From assembly GCA_016839785.1 (NCBI GenBank), contig JAEOTQ010000060.1, positions 1 to 35,709 on the forward strand: 35,709 nucleotides of DNA. The letters are read 5' to 3'. Within the stretch, counting starts at the first letter, position 1. Each line of letters opens with the position of its first letter. The notes beneath the pieces were generated by a model. The model saw only the letters and a program-made list of their open reading frames with translations. It ran no database searches and was not told the DNA's origin. A program made the position numbers and the translations under genes. Positions 1 to 9,396 of this stretch are shown piece by piece. This DNA is from Candidatus Hodarchaeota archaeon. GTDB lineage: Archaea > Asgardarchaeota > Heimdallarchaeia > Hodarchaeales > Hodarchaeaceae.

Positions 1-75
1 AAATTCTTTGAAGTAGAGTAAGAGTTGACTGTCTCTACTAACTATTTTTTCTTTATTTCTATACCTTCTTGATAG

Positions 76-573
76 TCAATTTTCTACGTCCTTCTCTACG
101 ACAAGCATCTTTCCAAGTTCCTTTCCGATTGATCTGAATTCTAATTCCACATTTTTCTCAAGAGGCCCCTCTCTACCATATACAATTGCTGAAAGATAGG
201 GTTTGATGATTTTCATTTTCATGCGCCTCATTTTTCCTTCAATCCGTCTAGCGGCACTATTTTCAAGTGTCAACAGCCATTTTTTATTCATACGTGATGG
301 GTTTCTTGTATCAAAGCTAAATCCTTTAATTCCTTTTAGTGAAACGGTTTTCAGCTTCACCAGAAACTCCTTTAGTGGTTTAGATATTCCTATGATATGT
401 GTAGGACCTCCTATCGCAATAAATTCATACTTTGACAAATTTTCGAGAACTATCTCTTCTATACCGAGACATTCTACGCTCATACCTACATCTTTCATAC
501 CATTGGCTAAGCAATAAGCCACTTGTTTCGTATTTCCAAATAATGAATGATAAATGATTAACCCATGAGTCAT
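76..573 (-). CDS. Flavodoxin-like protein
   Basis: N-terminal IIYHSLFGNTKQVA matches the flavodoxin S-x-x-G-N-T phosphate loop, and the GGPTH and FSFDT strands fit the fold. ATGA overlap with the upstream gene. Confidence 0.85.
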   Translation of the reverse strand: MTHGLIIYHSLFGNTKQVAYCLANGMKDVGMSVECLGIEEIVLENLSKYEFIAIGGPTHIIGISKPLKEFLVKLKTVSLKGIKGFSFDTRNPSRMNKKWLLTLENSAARRIEGKMRRMKMKIIKPYLSAIVYGREGPLEKNVELEFRSIGKELGKMLVVEKDVEN

Positions 574-1292
574 TTCAGTTCTTCACCTTCTACCTGTCTC
601 TGAACTCCCTGAGAGTCATAATCGCTCGTGGATTGTCTAGAGTATATATTCCATAATTCACTCGTAATTAATACGAACAGTGAACCGAAAGTAATGAGGG
701 AAATGAAAATCATCCCGAAAAGATTCCAGTTCCCTACATGGAAAGGTAATCCAATCATCAAACCAAATATTAATGACCAGTGTAACCAATAAAGTAATGT
801 CAATTTGCTCCTGCTCTTGGGATACAAAGGCCAACTTACTATCCAAAAACTATATTCTATAAGCCATATTAGCCCTAAAACGAACATGAGGATGACACAG
901 TAAGTTGACTGTTGTAATAGTTGTAACATGTGAGTTGCAACGAGTCCTAATACTATTGTGTAAAGTCCACTATGAAAAATCAGACCAATAGTATAGACCC
1001 AACCGAATACGTTGGTCTTTCCCAGAATTCGAGAAAATCCCTTGGTTGCCATCCCAAATTTATTTAGGATGAGAAAAAAATAATTGAACAAAATTGGTAT
1101 TTCTGCGACAATAAATAAGGGAAATATTATCTGACCTAATATTTTTCCATCAATCCTCGCCACTTCAACAATAAAATAACTGGAAATTGTTGATATTATT
1201 AGTAAAATCACTATTCTAATAAGTAGTGTTGACTTTACAGATTTATTAAAATTTAAATTAGCTGTTGTGTTTGTATTGTACATTTTTTTCAC
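570..1292 (-). CDS. Integral membrane protein, candidate di-heme cytochrome b / ferric-reductase-like TM domain
   Basis: About 6 hydrophobic segments. Two TM helices each carry H-x13-H (HSGLYTIVLGLVATH and HWSLIFGLMIGLPFH). The CDS is well supported; the function is inferred. Confidence 0.6.
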   Translation of the reverse strand: MKKMYNTNTTANLNFNKSVKSTLLIRIVILLIISTISSYFIVEVARIDGKILGQIIFPLFIVAEIPILFNYFFLILNKFGMATKGFSRILGKTNVFGWVYTIGLIFHSGLYTIVLGLVATHMLQLLQQSTYCVILMFVLGLIWLIEYSFWIVSWPLYPKSRSKLTLLYWLHWSLIFGLMIGLPFHVGNWNLFGMIFISLITFGSLFVLITSELWNIYSRQSTSDYDSQGVQRQVEGEELK

Positions 1293-1321
1293 AATCTCTT
1301 TGTTTTGAGATAGTACAATAC

Positions 1322-2008
1322 TTAATCGTCATAATGCTTCAATCCCTTATCGATAATCGTGAATAAAACATTCAAATATTCTTTAGATTTTCCTTCAGGA
1401 TGATTAGTCCTTTTCCCGCGCATTATTAGTTCCTGGATGGCTGAATTAAGGGCGCTTAGTGCCATTACAACTGAAAGTGGATCTACTGATTCTTGAACTC
1501 CCGCAGCATTCATCGTTTCTGTAATAACATTTATCATGAGTTTCTCTATCTTTAGCTGATAGAATCTGAACTCTTCCTCGCTTTCTGTAAGCGATTGGCT
1601 TGTTTCCTCTTTTTGCAGTATTTTCTTAATTCCGAGGCTCAAACGACCAGCATCAAATAAACTCGCATAATCAGGATATTTATCCACATAGATAAGATAG
1701 GCGTCCCCCATCGTTCTTAATTCCTGTTTTTTTCCTGATTCGGCAAACGTAGTTTCCATCGTCTGAAATAATTTCTCGTAAGCCTTGGAAATGACAGCAA
1801 TGAATAGATCATCTTTAGACTCAAAATAATTGTAGATAGTTGCTTTACTATATCCTGCTTCAAGCGCAATTTGATCGATCATTGTTCGTTCATAACCCTG
1901 CTCTAGAAAAAACCTTTCAGCAATATCGATGATTGATTTACGCCTTTGATTACGTTCTCGTTCCATTCTTCGATTTTTAGGGGAAAAAGACTGCTTATCC
2001 TTATTCAT
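1322..2008 (-). CDS. TetR/AcrR family transcriptional regulator
   Basis: IIDIAERFFLEQGYERTMIDQIALEAGYSKATIYNYFESKDDL is a classic TetR HTH. Confidence 0.95.
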   Translation of the reverse strand: MNKDKQSFSPKNRRMERERNQRRKSIIDIAERFFLEQGYERTMIDQIALEAGYSKATIYNYFESKDDLFIAVISKAYEKLFQTMETTFAESGKKQELRTMGDAYLIYVDKYPDYASLFDAGRLSLGIKKILQKEETSQSLTESEEEFRFYQLKIEKLMINVITETMNAAGVQESVDPLSVVMALSALNSAIQELIMRGKRTNHPEGKSKEYLNVLFTIIDKGLKHYDD

Positions 2009-2058
2009 TTTCTCTCATTAGATTAGTTGTAACATCGAGTTATTAAGTATTGTACTTA

Positions 2059-2098
2059 AGTCAAACTGACTTGAATATAGTCATTTTGACTCGAATAT
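2059..2098. promoter_or_regulatory. Probable TetR operator: tandem 20-bp repeat built from AGTCA/TGACT half-sites
   Basis: AGTCAaacTGACTtGAATAT followed by AGTCAtttTGACTcGAATAT, about 50-90 bp upstream of the tetR start and next to a TATA-like TTAATA (minus strand, 2041-2046). Confidence 0.7.
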
Positions 2099-2375
2099 AA
2101 AAATTTATTTTTCAGGGCAAAATCAAGACATCAGATTTCATTCTCAAAACAAATCGAAAATGCAGAAATCAGATTTTCTTCAAAAGAATTGAAAAGCAGT
2201 GTATCCAAGAATAAATTTAGTGACGTTAGATGATGTTATTTCCACCCAGCGATAATTACATCACTACTTGGAAGGGATATCGAGTAAATTGGGATACTTG
2301 TTGGCTAGTTAAATTTTCATTATCACGTAAAAATCGGTGTTTCATATATTACTTAAATCTATGCTTATTAATCAT

Positions 2376-3080
2376 TTATTTCTCTGATCTAATCGTTGAT
2401 ACAATTACAAATAGAATCATGAGGAATGCAAAAAAGCCAAAGAAGACAGTTAAAATCTGTAAAAGGGGAATTTGATAACTTGGAAGCAAATTATTCAATA
2501 CGGGAATATCTGTAAGAAATGATTCATTAAACGTGTATATGCCACCTGTAGCGGAGATAGAAACCATCATAACGAATCCTAACACTGCAGCACCACTATA
2601 TATTAATTGAATCCCCAGATGAGTTTCACAGATTTTTATTTTCTTTAATGATACAAAATAAAATCTGATAATCCCTGAAATGAGATAGAACTGCATTCCT
2701 ACAACTGTCCACACTACTTTATATCCCAACTGTGATTGATTCATTGCTTTATCTAACCCTTGAATTGGAACAGACAAGTCAAAAAAGAATAAAATTGTAT
2801 CAAGTATACCTTCAATATTGGTAAGAGAAAGGTGAAAGTCAACACCAGAGGCATCAATCAATCCCAGATAAGAAGCCACGAGAATTCCTCCCAGACCTAT
2901 TAATCCTCCCACATGAGCAGCAAAATCTAGATTTTGGACAGTTTCTTCATTTATCCTGTTATGAAAATTGAGAATTTCTCTTTTTTGAAACAAATTCATC
3001 ACTAATGCAAGTGAAGTGCAAATTGCTGTTACAAACCAGGCGCCGATGTGAAAATGTATAGAAGGAGCATGTAAGACCAT
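2376..3080 (-). CDS. DUF2231-like membrane protein (putative heme-binding)
   Basis: N-terminal LHAPSIHFHIG resembles the DUF2231 HP-x2-HFP motif, and ATGGIYTF resembles its GG-x-LVY motif. About 5 TM segments. Confidence 0.6.
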   Translation of the reverse strand: MVLHAPSIHFHIGAWFVTAICTSLALVMNLFQKREILNFHNRINEETVQNLDFAAHVGGLIGLGGILVASYLGLIDASGVDFHLSLTNIEGILDTILFFFDLSVPIQGLDKAMNQSQLGYKVVWTVVGMQFYLISGIIRFYFVSLKKIKICETHLGIQLIYSGAAVLGFVMMVSISATGGIYTFNESFLTDIPVLNNLLPSYQIPLLQILTVFFGFFAFLMILFVIVSTIRSEK

Positions 3081-3110
3081 AATTCAGTATTCCTATAAGT
3101 TAGTTCATTG

Positions 3111-4235
3111 TTAATGCCGTCTTTTGTTATAATAAAGTAAGCCTAGAATTATTACAACATTGATTCCAAGTCCTAAACCACCAAAAATCAATAATTCAGC
3201 AACACGATCGGATTGATGAAGTCCTGACGTCTCTAGTGGATCTGTGTCGGTTAGATTTTCTGAGATTTTGGAGCTTAAAGCGAGTGAAAAGTTAGCCCTA
3301 ACTCCCCCCTGATGCACTGCATTACTAGCAAAAATGATTCCAATTGGAGAAGTAAAAGTAAATTCCACATCAGTTACTTCATCCGTTTTAAAAGGACGCA
3401 TCATCTCAAAAAATTCTAAATTCGATTCAGTTTCATTAATCATTCCCTTTTCAAAATCAAGATCTTGGTCAATATCAGGAATTGGTGTATTAAAGCTATT
3501 AGCTGTATAATCAGCTAGTATTCCACCTTCTAAGAACCACCAAATATCCTCTCCGTTTTCCATACAAATTCCATCACCATCATTATCAAATTGGAGGCTT
3601 ATCCATGTTAAGGAATTGTCGTATACAAAAATTCCAAAAATATGAGAAAAATTATGAGCGAACTTAATGTAGCCCCCATATTCAGGAATTGGTTTAGCAG
3701 GGACAAATGTCCAGAAAAGGCTAACATTGCTATCAGTCAAACAAGGACAGTCTTTTATTAATCTTGAAGCATTATACACATAGATATCTGCTTCAACTTC
3801 TAAGTTCTGAAAAGCTAAGATTAAGAGAACTTGAGTTTGATTATTACTCGTATCATTAGCGATTATTTCGAAGAATTTTATCCCATTTGAGAAGGTTCGA
3901 GAATCAACAATTGCCCTAAATTTCGAAGTTTCTGTATCATTTTGAGATAAAGCTAATTCTTTCGAAGATCCTCTCTCACGATAGATGACTTTGTCGACTG
4001 CTACATCATCAACCGCAGTTACTGTAATAAAAAACCAACCACTTATTACAGAAAGATTTTCAGGTTCTGTGATGGTTAAACTAGGTGCAGAACCAGTCTG
4101 AGATATGGTAGTGGGTTGATGTTTTTGTCTACTCGGATGATTAAAGCCGTGACTAGAAAATGAGATTTGAGAACTGAATATTATTGAAAAAAGGAAAAAA
4201 ATGAGGAAACCTGAAGAAACCTTTCTGAAAAACAT
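3111..4235 (-). CDS. Cell-surface protein: signal peptide, Ig-like domain, DOMON-like domain, C-terminal TM anchor
   Basis: Hydrophobic N-terminus. PSLTITEP...ITVTAVDDVAVDKV...ANDTSNN is Ig-like. WISLQF...CMENGED, RPFKTDEVTD and FASNAVH match DOMON motifs. C-terminal TM helix is followed by KRRH. Confidence 0.65.
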   Translation of the reverse strand: MFFRKVSSGFLIFFLFSIIFSSQISFSSHGFNHPSRQKHQPTTISQTGSAPSLTITEPENLSVISGWFFITVTAVDDVAVDKVIYRERGSSKELALSQNDTETSKFRAIVDSRTFSNGIKFFEIIANDTSNNQTQVLLILAFQNLEVEADIYVYNASRLIKDCPCLTDSNVSLFWTFVPAKPIPEYGGYIKFAHNFSHIFGIFVYDNSLTWISLQFDNDGDGICMENGEDIWWFLEGGILADYTANSFNTPIPDIDQDLDFEKGMINETESNLEFFEMMRPFKTDEVTDVEFTFTSPIGIIFASNAVHQGGVRANFSLALSSKISENLTDTDPLETSGLHQSDRVAELLIFGGLGLGINVVIILGLLYYNKRRH

Positions 4236-4340
4236 AAATTGCTTCGAACCGACTTTCGATTAAAAACTTTACCAGATCATACGAGAAAAAGATTTTACTT
4301 TAAATGAAGGAAAAAAATCGAAGGAAATGAAGGACTTTCT

Positions 4341-5318
4341 ATGACCACAAGAGATAAATTGATCACCTTACAAGATATTCTTAGTGCTCAAGAAGTGATT
4401 GGTGACCAGATACTCGAAACACCCTTAATATTTGCATCGAATTTGGGAAAACTTTTGAATGTGAATTTGTACCTTAAAACTGAATTATTTCAAAAAATGG
4501 GATCATTTAAGCTCCGTGGTGTATTGAATAAAATTCAAACTCTTTCAGAGAAGGAAAAGAATAATGGAGTGATTACAATTTCAGCAGGTAATCATGCTCA
4601 AAGTCTTGCCTATGCTTGTAAGAATGAGGGAATTCGAGCTGTCATTATCATGCCGTCCTATGCGGCCAAGAATAAAATTGAGGCAACGAAAGACCTTGGT
4701 GCAGAAGTAATAGTGCACAAAGACAGTCATACTTTGATGGAGAAACTGAATGAAATTAGAGCTAAACAAGATCTGACCTTAATCCATCCTTTTGATGACG
4801 TATCAATTATCGCGGGACAAGGAACAATTGGATTAGAGATATTGACCGAGATGTCAATCATTCCTGACCTCGTAATAGTTCCTGTAGGTGGAGGAGGATT
4901 GATTTCTGGGATTGCAGCTGCAGTAAAGTTGCAATACCCTAATGTTAGCATAATAGGAGTGGAACCAATAGGTGCAGCAGCCATGCATGAAAGTCTTCTC
5001 AAAAACTCTGTTGTATCTTTAAAAGATATTAAGACTATTGCTGATGGTCTAGCAGCTCCCTTTGCAGGAAAACATACTTTAGCACATGTGAAGAAATTTG
5101 TAGATGAGATAGTTCTCGTGTCTGATGAAGAAATTATGTCCTCTATTCGTTTACTTCTTCTTCAAGGGAAATTATTGTGTGAACCTGCAGGCGCAGCAGG
5201 ATTTGCAGCCCTGCTTGCTAAAAAGATCTCCACATCTCGAGATATGAATATAGTATGTGTCCTTAGTGGAGGGAATATTGAGAAAGCACTATTACGAAGG
5301 ATTATTGCTGAAGAATGA
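4341..5318 (+). CDS. PLP-dependent threonine/serine ammonia-lyase (catabolic type, no ACT domain)
   Basis: GSFKLRG (PLP lysine), SAGNHAQ, VPVGGGGLISG, EPAGA and SGGN motifs. Confidence 0.9.
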   Translation: MTTRDKLITLQDILSAQEVIGDQILETPLIFASNLGKLLNVNLYLKTELFQKMGSFKLRGVLNKIQTLSEKEKNNGVITISAGNHAQSLAYACKNEGIRAVIIMPSYAAKNKIEATKDLGAEVIVHKDSHTLMEKLNEIRAKQDLTLIHPFDDVSIIAGQGTIGLEILTEMSIIPDLVIVPVGGGGLISGIAAAVKLQYPNVSIIGVEPIGAAAMHESLLKNSVVSLKDIKTIADGLAAPFAGKHTLAHVKKFVDEIVLVSDEEIMSSIRLLLLQGKLLCEPAGAAGFAALLAKKISTSRDMNIVCVLSGGNIEKALLRRIIAEE

Positions 5319-5339
5319 CACTTAGGAGATCTCATTGGA

Positions 5340-6155
5340 TTGAAAGTAAATTTTCGTGAAGCTAAGAGTATAGTCACCAAAAGTAATATTCCTTCTATAG
5401 ATTATGTGATTAATCCGTATACTGGATGTCAGCACGCGTGCATTTACTGTTATGCGGAATTCATGATTCGATTTACCAATCATAAAGGGGAAAAATGGGG
5501 AGAATTTTTGGATGTAAAGACATTCGACTTTGATAAAATGACGCCACAGAAATACAAGGGAAAAAGACTATTGTTGAGTTCCGTGACAGATCCCTACCTA
5601 CCTCTCGAAAAAAAATATCTTAATACTCGTAAGATCTTGGAGAAATTAGTAGACACCGAGGCTGAGGTGTCAATTCTTACAAAGTCGAAATTGGTTACTC
5701 GAGACATAGACTTGTTTCAACAATTCAAAAATATTGAAGTAGGTATATCGATCAGTACCTTAGATGATGATTTTGCTAAAAAAATAGAGCGTGGAGCATC
5801 TAAACCCTCAGACCGGATTATAGCTCTCAAAGAGATTTCAAACGCAGGAATAAAAACATATACCTTTATTTCTCCCTTCTTTCCAGAGATAACTGACTTT
5901 AAGGCAATAATTAAGGCAACACAATCTTTTACTAACCAATACAGCTTTGAAAATTTGAACTTTCGACCTCACAATATTCCAAGAATTATAAAGGTTATTA
6001 ACGCCAATTATCCTCAATTTTTACCTGTCTATGAAGAATTAAAAAAAGATCGAAATTATTGGAACTTGGTGGAAATGGATATCAGAAATTTCTGTGAAAA
6101 GGAGAACTTAAATTATAAAATTGAATTTCATCATGGTGGATTCTCAAAAAGTTAG
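5340..6155 (+). CDS. Radical SAM protein, SplB/spore-photoproduct-lyase-like family
   Basis: NPYTGCQHACIYCYA (CxxxCxxC), SSVTDPY and LTKS motifs. TTG start with GGAG upstream. Confidence 0.85.
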   Translation: MKVNFREAKSIVTKSNIPSIDYVINPYTGCQHACIYCYAEFMIRFTNHKGEKWGEFLDVKTFDFDKMTPQKYKGKRLLLSSVTDPYLPLEKKYLNTRKILEKLVDTEAEVSILTKSKLVTRDIDLFQQFKNIEVGISISTLDDDFAKKIERGASKPSDRIIALKEISNAGIKTYTFISPFFPEITDFKAIIKATQSFTNQYSFENLNFRPHNIPRIIKVINANYPQFLPVYEELKKDRNYWNLVEMDIRNFCEKENLNYKIEFHHGGFSKS

Positions 6156-6246
6156 ATATTCAATAATTTGTACTATCGTATTCAGAAAATGAGAATTCGT
6201 TCAATAATTTTTTTAATTGAAGGAACGATGGGTCTTCAGAGTGCAG

Positions 6247-7575
6247 ATGTCAAATCCAGAATTTCATATCCAGGTTGATCCACAGATAGAATCAATCGTA
6301 ATGCCAGAAAATGTTAAGATTGGTTTAATGGTGGCAGAACACCGCAAAAAATGCTCTTCTCTTCAATGTTCATTCGATTATCATGCTTTTGCTATAGGAC
6401 AATCGCCTTTTCATGTTCCGGAACCATTAGAAAACTCTCTTCGTGAAAATACCCATCAATCTCACTATAGTGCCTCTGTTGGTATTTCAGAACTTCGTGA
6501 GGCAATTGCCGAATTCAATAAGCGTTATTTTCGTTTTGATATTGACCCCAGTCTAGTTATCATTGGACACGGTACAAAGGGGGTCATTTTTACGATCTTT
6601 TCTCTGATTAAAGGAGATGTAATTATCCCAGCTCCTGCTTGGGTATCCTATGTGCCCCAAATAAAATTATTGGGAAAAGAGTATCATATTATCAATTTAA
6701 AACCTGAAAACAATTATAAACTCACTGCAAAGGAGTTAGACTCCTATTTATCTAATTTACATCGAGATCAGCATCTTTTGGTTCTTAATAGCCCTCATAA
6801 TCCATCTGGAGCAGTCTATCGAAGGGAGGAACTTGAAGAGATAGTAGATGTGTGTCGAAAACACGGAATTCTTGTCTTATCCGATGAAATATATGCTCTT
6901 TCTACTTACGATCAAAAGTCCTTTGCCAGTATGCGATCTATATATCCAGAGGGGACTTTTGTTACAAATGGATTGTCTAAAGATCGTGGTGCGGCAGGTT
7001 ATCGTTTAGGTCATTGTTTACTCCCCAAAAATTGTTCTGAAGAGCTCCAGCTTAATTTCAAAAAGATAGCTGCCACTATTTATACAAATGTTTCCACTCC
7101 TATCCAATATGCTGCAATCGCTGCTTATAAACAAAATGAAGTCATAGATGAATATATTCGAGTCACACGTGAAATTCATAGAATTATGGGTACAAATTTC
7201 AGTCGTGAGCTTGGAAAAATTGAAGGAGTAGAAGTAACCAGACCTAATGGTGGTTTTTACTTTCTTGTGAGCTTTAACAAATTAAAAGAGGGACTCCACA
7301 ACCACAACATAAAAATTGCAAACGAATTATCAAATGCATTGTTAAAACATCCATTTCATATTGCTGCATTAACAGGGGACGCCTGTCTATTTAATCCCGA
7401 TGATTTTACTGCCCGTATTGCATTCGTTGACTACGATGGAAGAAAAGCCTTTAATAATTATAGAGCCAACCCACCCCACACGGAAGAGGATGAATATGAA
7501 TTCTTCAAAAAATATGCACCTCGCATGTTTCAAGCAATCTCGACATTTCAGAAGTTTGCAAACTCACTGAAGTAG
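6247..7575 (+). CDS. Class I/II PLP-dependent aminotransferase
   Basis: NSPHNPSG, SDEIY and GLSKDRGAAGYRLG motifs. ATG 6247 is preferred over TTG 6217. Confidence 0.9.
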   Translation: MSNPEFHIQVDPQIESIVMPENVKIGLMVAEHRKKCSSLQCSFDYHAFAIGQSPFHVPEPLENSLRENTHQSHYSASVGISELREAIAEFNKRYFRFDIDPSLVIIGHGTKGVIFTIFSLIKGDVIIPAPAWVSYVPQIKLLGKEYHIINLKPENNYKLTAKELDSYLSNLHRDQHLLVLNSPHNPSGAVYRREELEEIVDVCRKHGILVLSDEIYALSTYDQKSFASMRSIYPEGTFVTNGLSKDRGAAGYRLGHCLLPKNCSEELQLNFKKIAATIYTNVSTPIQYAAIAAYKQNEVIDEYIRVTREIHRIMGTNFSRELGKIEGVEVTRPNGGFYFLVSFNKLKEGLHNHNIKIANELSNALLKHPFHIAALTGDACLFNPDDFTARIAFVDYDGRKAFNNYRANPPHTEEDEYEFFKKYAPRMFQAISTFQKFANSLK

Positions 7576-7590
7576 TGGAATCACCTAACA

Positions 7591-8379
7591 ATGTCTTCAA
7601 TAGTCGAAGAAATACTACCAATTGGTAAAGAACTTAATGTAGCCTATATGAAACGAGCTGTTGATACAAGTAATAAACCTTACATTGTTTTCATACATGG
7701 GTTCGGATCTTCCAAGGAATTTTTCAGATTTGCTTTTGAAGATCCTTCACTCAAAGATTATCCTCTAATTTCACTTGATCTTATTGGTTTTGGAAATAGT
7801 ACAAAACACGAAAAATTTAGCTATGAAATGTCAAACCAAGCTGCAATCATAATTCAGGTTCTGAATCAGTTAGAGGTGTGGAGATTTCATCTATGTGCAC
7901 ACTCCATGGGTGGATTGGTAGCGATGGAGATAATAGACCAAACTCCTCCTCAGGTTCTATCTTTTATAAATTTAGAAGGGAATCTCACACTAAACGACTG
8001 CTTTGTGACTGGAAAAATCCTTGATTTCCCACTTGAGGTATTTTTAGCTTCAGGAAGAGCAGAATTCGAGGAGCAGTTGGCAGATTATCCTTCTTATCTA
8101 AAAGAATTTCGAAAAGCATCATCAATTGCTCTCTATCGGAGTGCAGATGACACTGTCAGACTATCAAGTACTTCACGTTTAATAGAGGAATTTATTAATT
8201 TATCAATCAGGAAGTGCTATATCTATGGAGAAAAAAATAGAGGAAAATTTCCTTCGGAACAAATACTAGTTACTAAGGAAGTACCTGTATATTATATTAT
8301 CGAGAGTGACCATGAAATGGCAGAACAGAATCCATCTCATCTCTATTCGACTATTAGCAAATTTCTGGGTGACAAATGA
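7591..8379 (+). CDS. Alpha/beta hydrolase
   Basis: FIHGFGSS, DLIGFGNS, nucleophile elbow AHSMGG and a C-terminal His (SDHEM). Confidence 0.9.
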   Translation: MSSIVEEILPIGKELNVAYMKRAVDTSNKPYIVFIHGFGSSKEFFRFAFEDPSLKDYPLISLDLIGFGNSTKHEKFSYEMSNQAAIIIQVLNQLEVWRFHLCAHSMGGLVAMEIIDQTPPQVLSFINLEGNLTLNDCFVTGKILDFPLEVFLASGRAEFEEQLADYPSYLKEFRKASSIALYRSADDTVRLSSTSRLIEEFINLSIRKCYIYGEKNRGKFPSEQILVTKEVPVYYIIESDHEMAEQNPSHLYSTISKFLGDK

Positions 8380-8397
8380 ACTGTTCTGGAGAAATTA

Positions 8398-9381
8398 ATG
8401 GAGACTAAAATTTTGACTGAAATAATTAAATTAGATACGATCAAGAAGATTCTTGAGAATTTCGATCCAATCAGTATAATTGAAGAGGGATTCATCGCAT
8501 ATTCCAAGGGTAAGGTAGTAGTTCCTCCTGTGGGTGAAATGATATTTGATGATCCAGATAATCCTGGAGATTGTCATATAAAATACGGATATATCAAAAA
8601 CGATAACTTCTTTGTTGTAAAAATAGCTCAAGGGTTTTATAATAACCCAAAACTAGGATTACCATCAACAAACGGCCTTAATATATTGTTTAATCAAAAA
8701 AATGGATCTATAGAATGCATTTTATTGGATGAGGGTTATCTAACAGAAGTGAGAACTGCAAGTGCGGGAGCGATTGCTGCAAAGTATATGGCACCAAAGA
8801 ATGTGAAACGAATTGGTATCTTTGGGACTGGTATGCAGGGGAAAATGCAATTAGAATATCTAAAATCTGTTGTTAAATGCAGGAAAGCAATGATCTGGGG
8901 ACGAAGTGAAGCACAATTAAAGAAATATCAAGAATATATGGCCTCATCGGAATTCGAGATTGAGATTACACAAGATTCCACAGATATTACTGACACCTGC
9001 AATCTTATAGTAACGTGTACTCCCTCTAAAATTCCTTTAATCAAAGCAGACCAAGTTAAAAAGGGAACTCACATTACTGCAATGGGATCAGATACTTCAG
9101 AAAAACAAGAATTAGAGTCCAAGATTTTACAAATAGCTGATCGAGTAATTGTCGATAGTATCTCTCAAGCTGAAACCCGTGGGGAATGTTTTCATGCATT
9201 AAAGGATGGAAACATTGATCAAGCACAAATAATTGAACTAGGAAAAATAATAACGAACAAAGCTCTTCAACGAAAAAATGATGACGAGATTACGATTGTA
9301 GATCTTACAGGAGTTGCAGTTCAGGATATACAAATATCAAAAGCAGTGTACGAAGGTTTTTTATCCTTGAAAGAGAATTAA
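8398..9381 (+). CDS. Ornithine cyclodeaminase / mu-crystallin family protein
   Basis: LTEVRTASAGA, Rossmann GIFGTGMQG, HITAMGSD and DLTGVAVQD motifs. Confidence 0.92.
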   Translation: METKILTEIIKLDTIKKILENFDPISIIEEGFIAYSKGKVVVPPVGEMIFDDPDNPGDCHIKYGYIKNDNFFVVKIAQGFYNNPKLGLPSTNGLNILFNQKNGSIECILLDEGYLTEVRTASAGAIAAKYMAPKNVKRIGIFGTGMQGKMQLEYLKSVVKCRKAMIWGRSEAQLKKYQEYMASSEFEIEITQDSTDITDTCNLIVTCTPSKIPLIKADQVKKGTHITAMGSDTSEKQELESKILQIADRVIVDSISQAETRGECFHALKDGNIDQAQIIELGKIITNKALQRKNDDEITIVDLTGVAVQDIQISKAVYEGFLSLKEN

Positions 9382-9396
9382 AAAGGAGTTCTTATT

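Noticed and set aside
2230-2475. 81-aa plus-strand ORF
   Set aside because: It overlaps the 3' end of the DUF2231-like gene in antisense and has no recognisable features.
4341-5318. Serine racemase assignment
   Set aside because: The motif reads SAGNH, with Ala where racemases have the second Ser (SSGNH), which favours a dehydratase.
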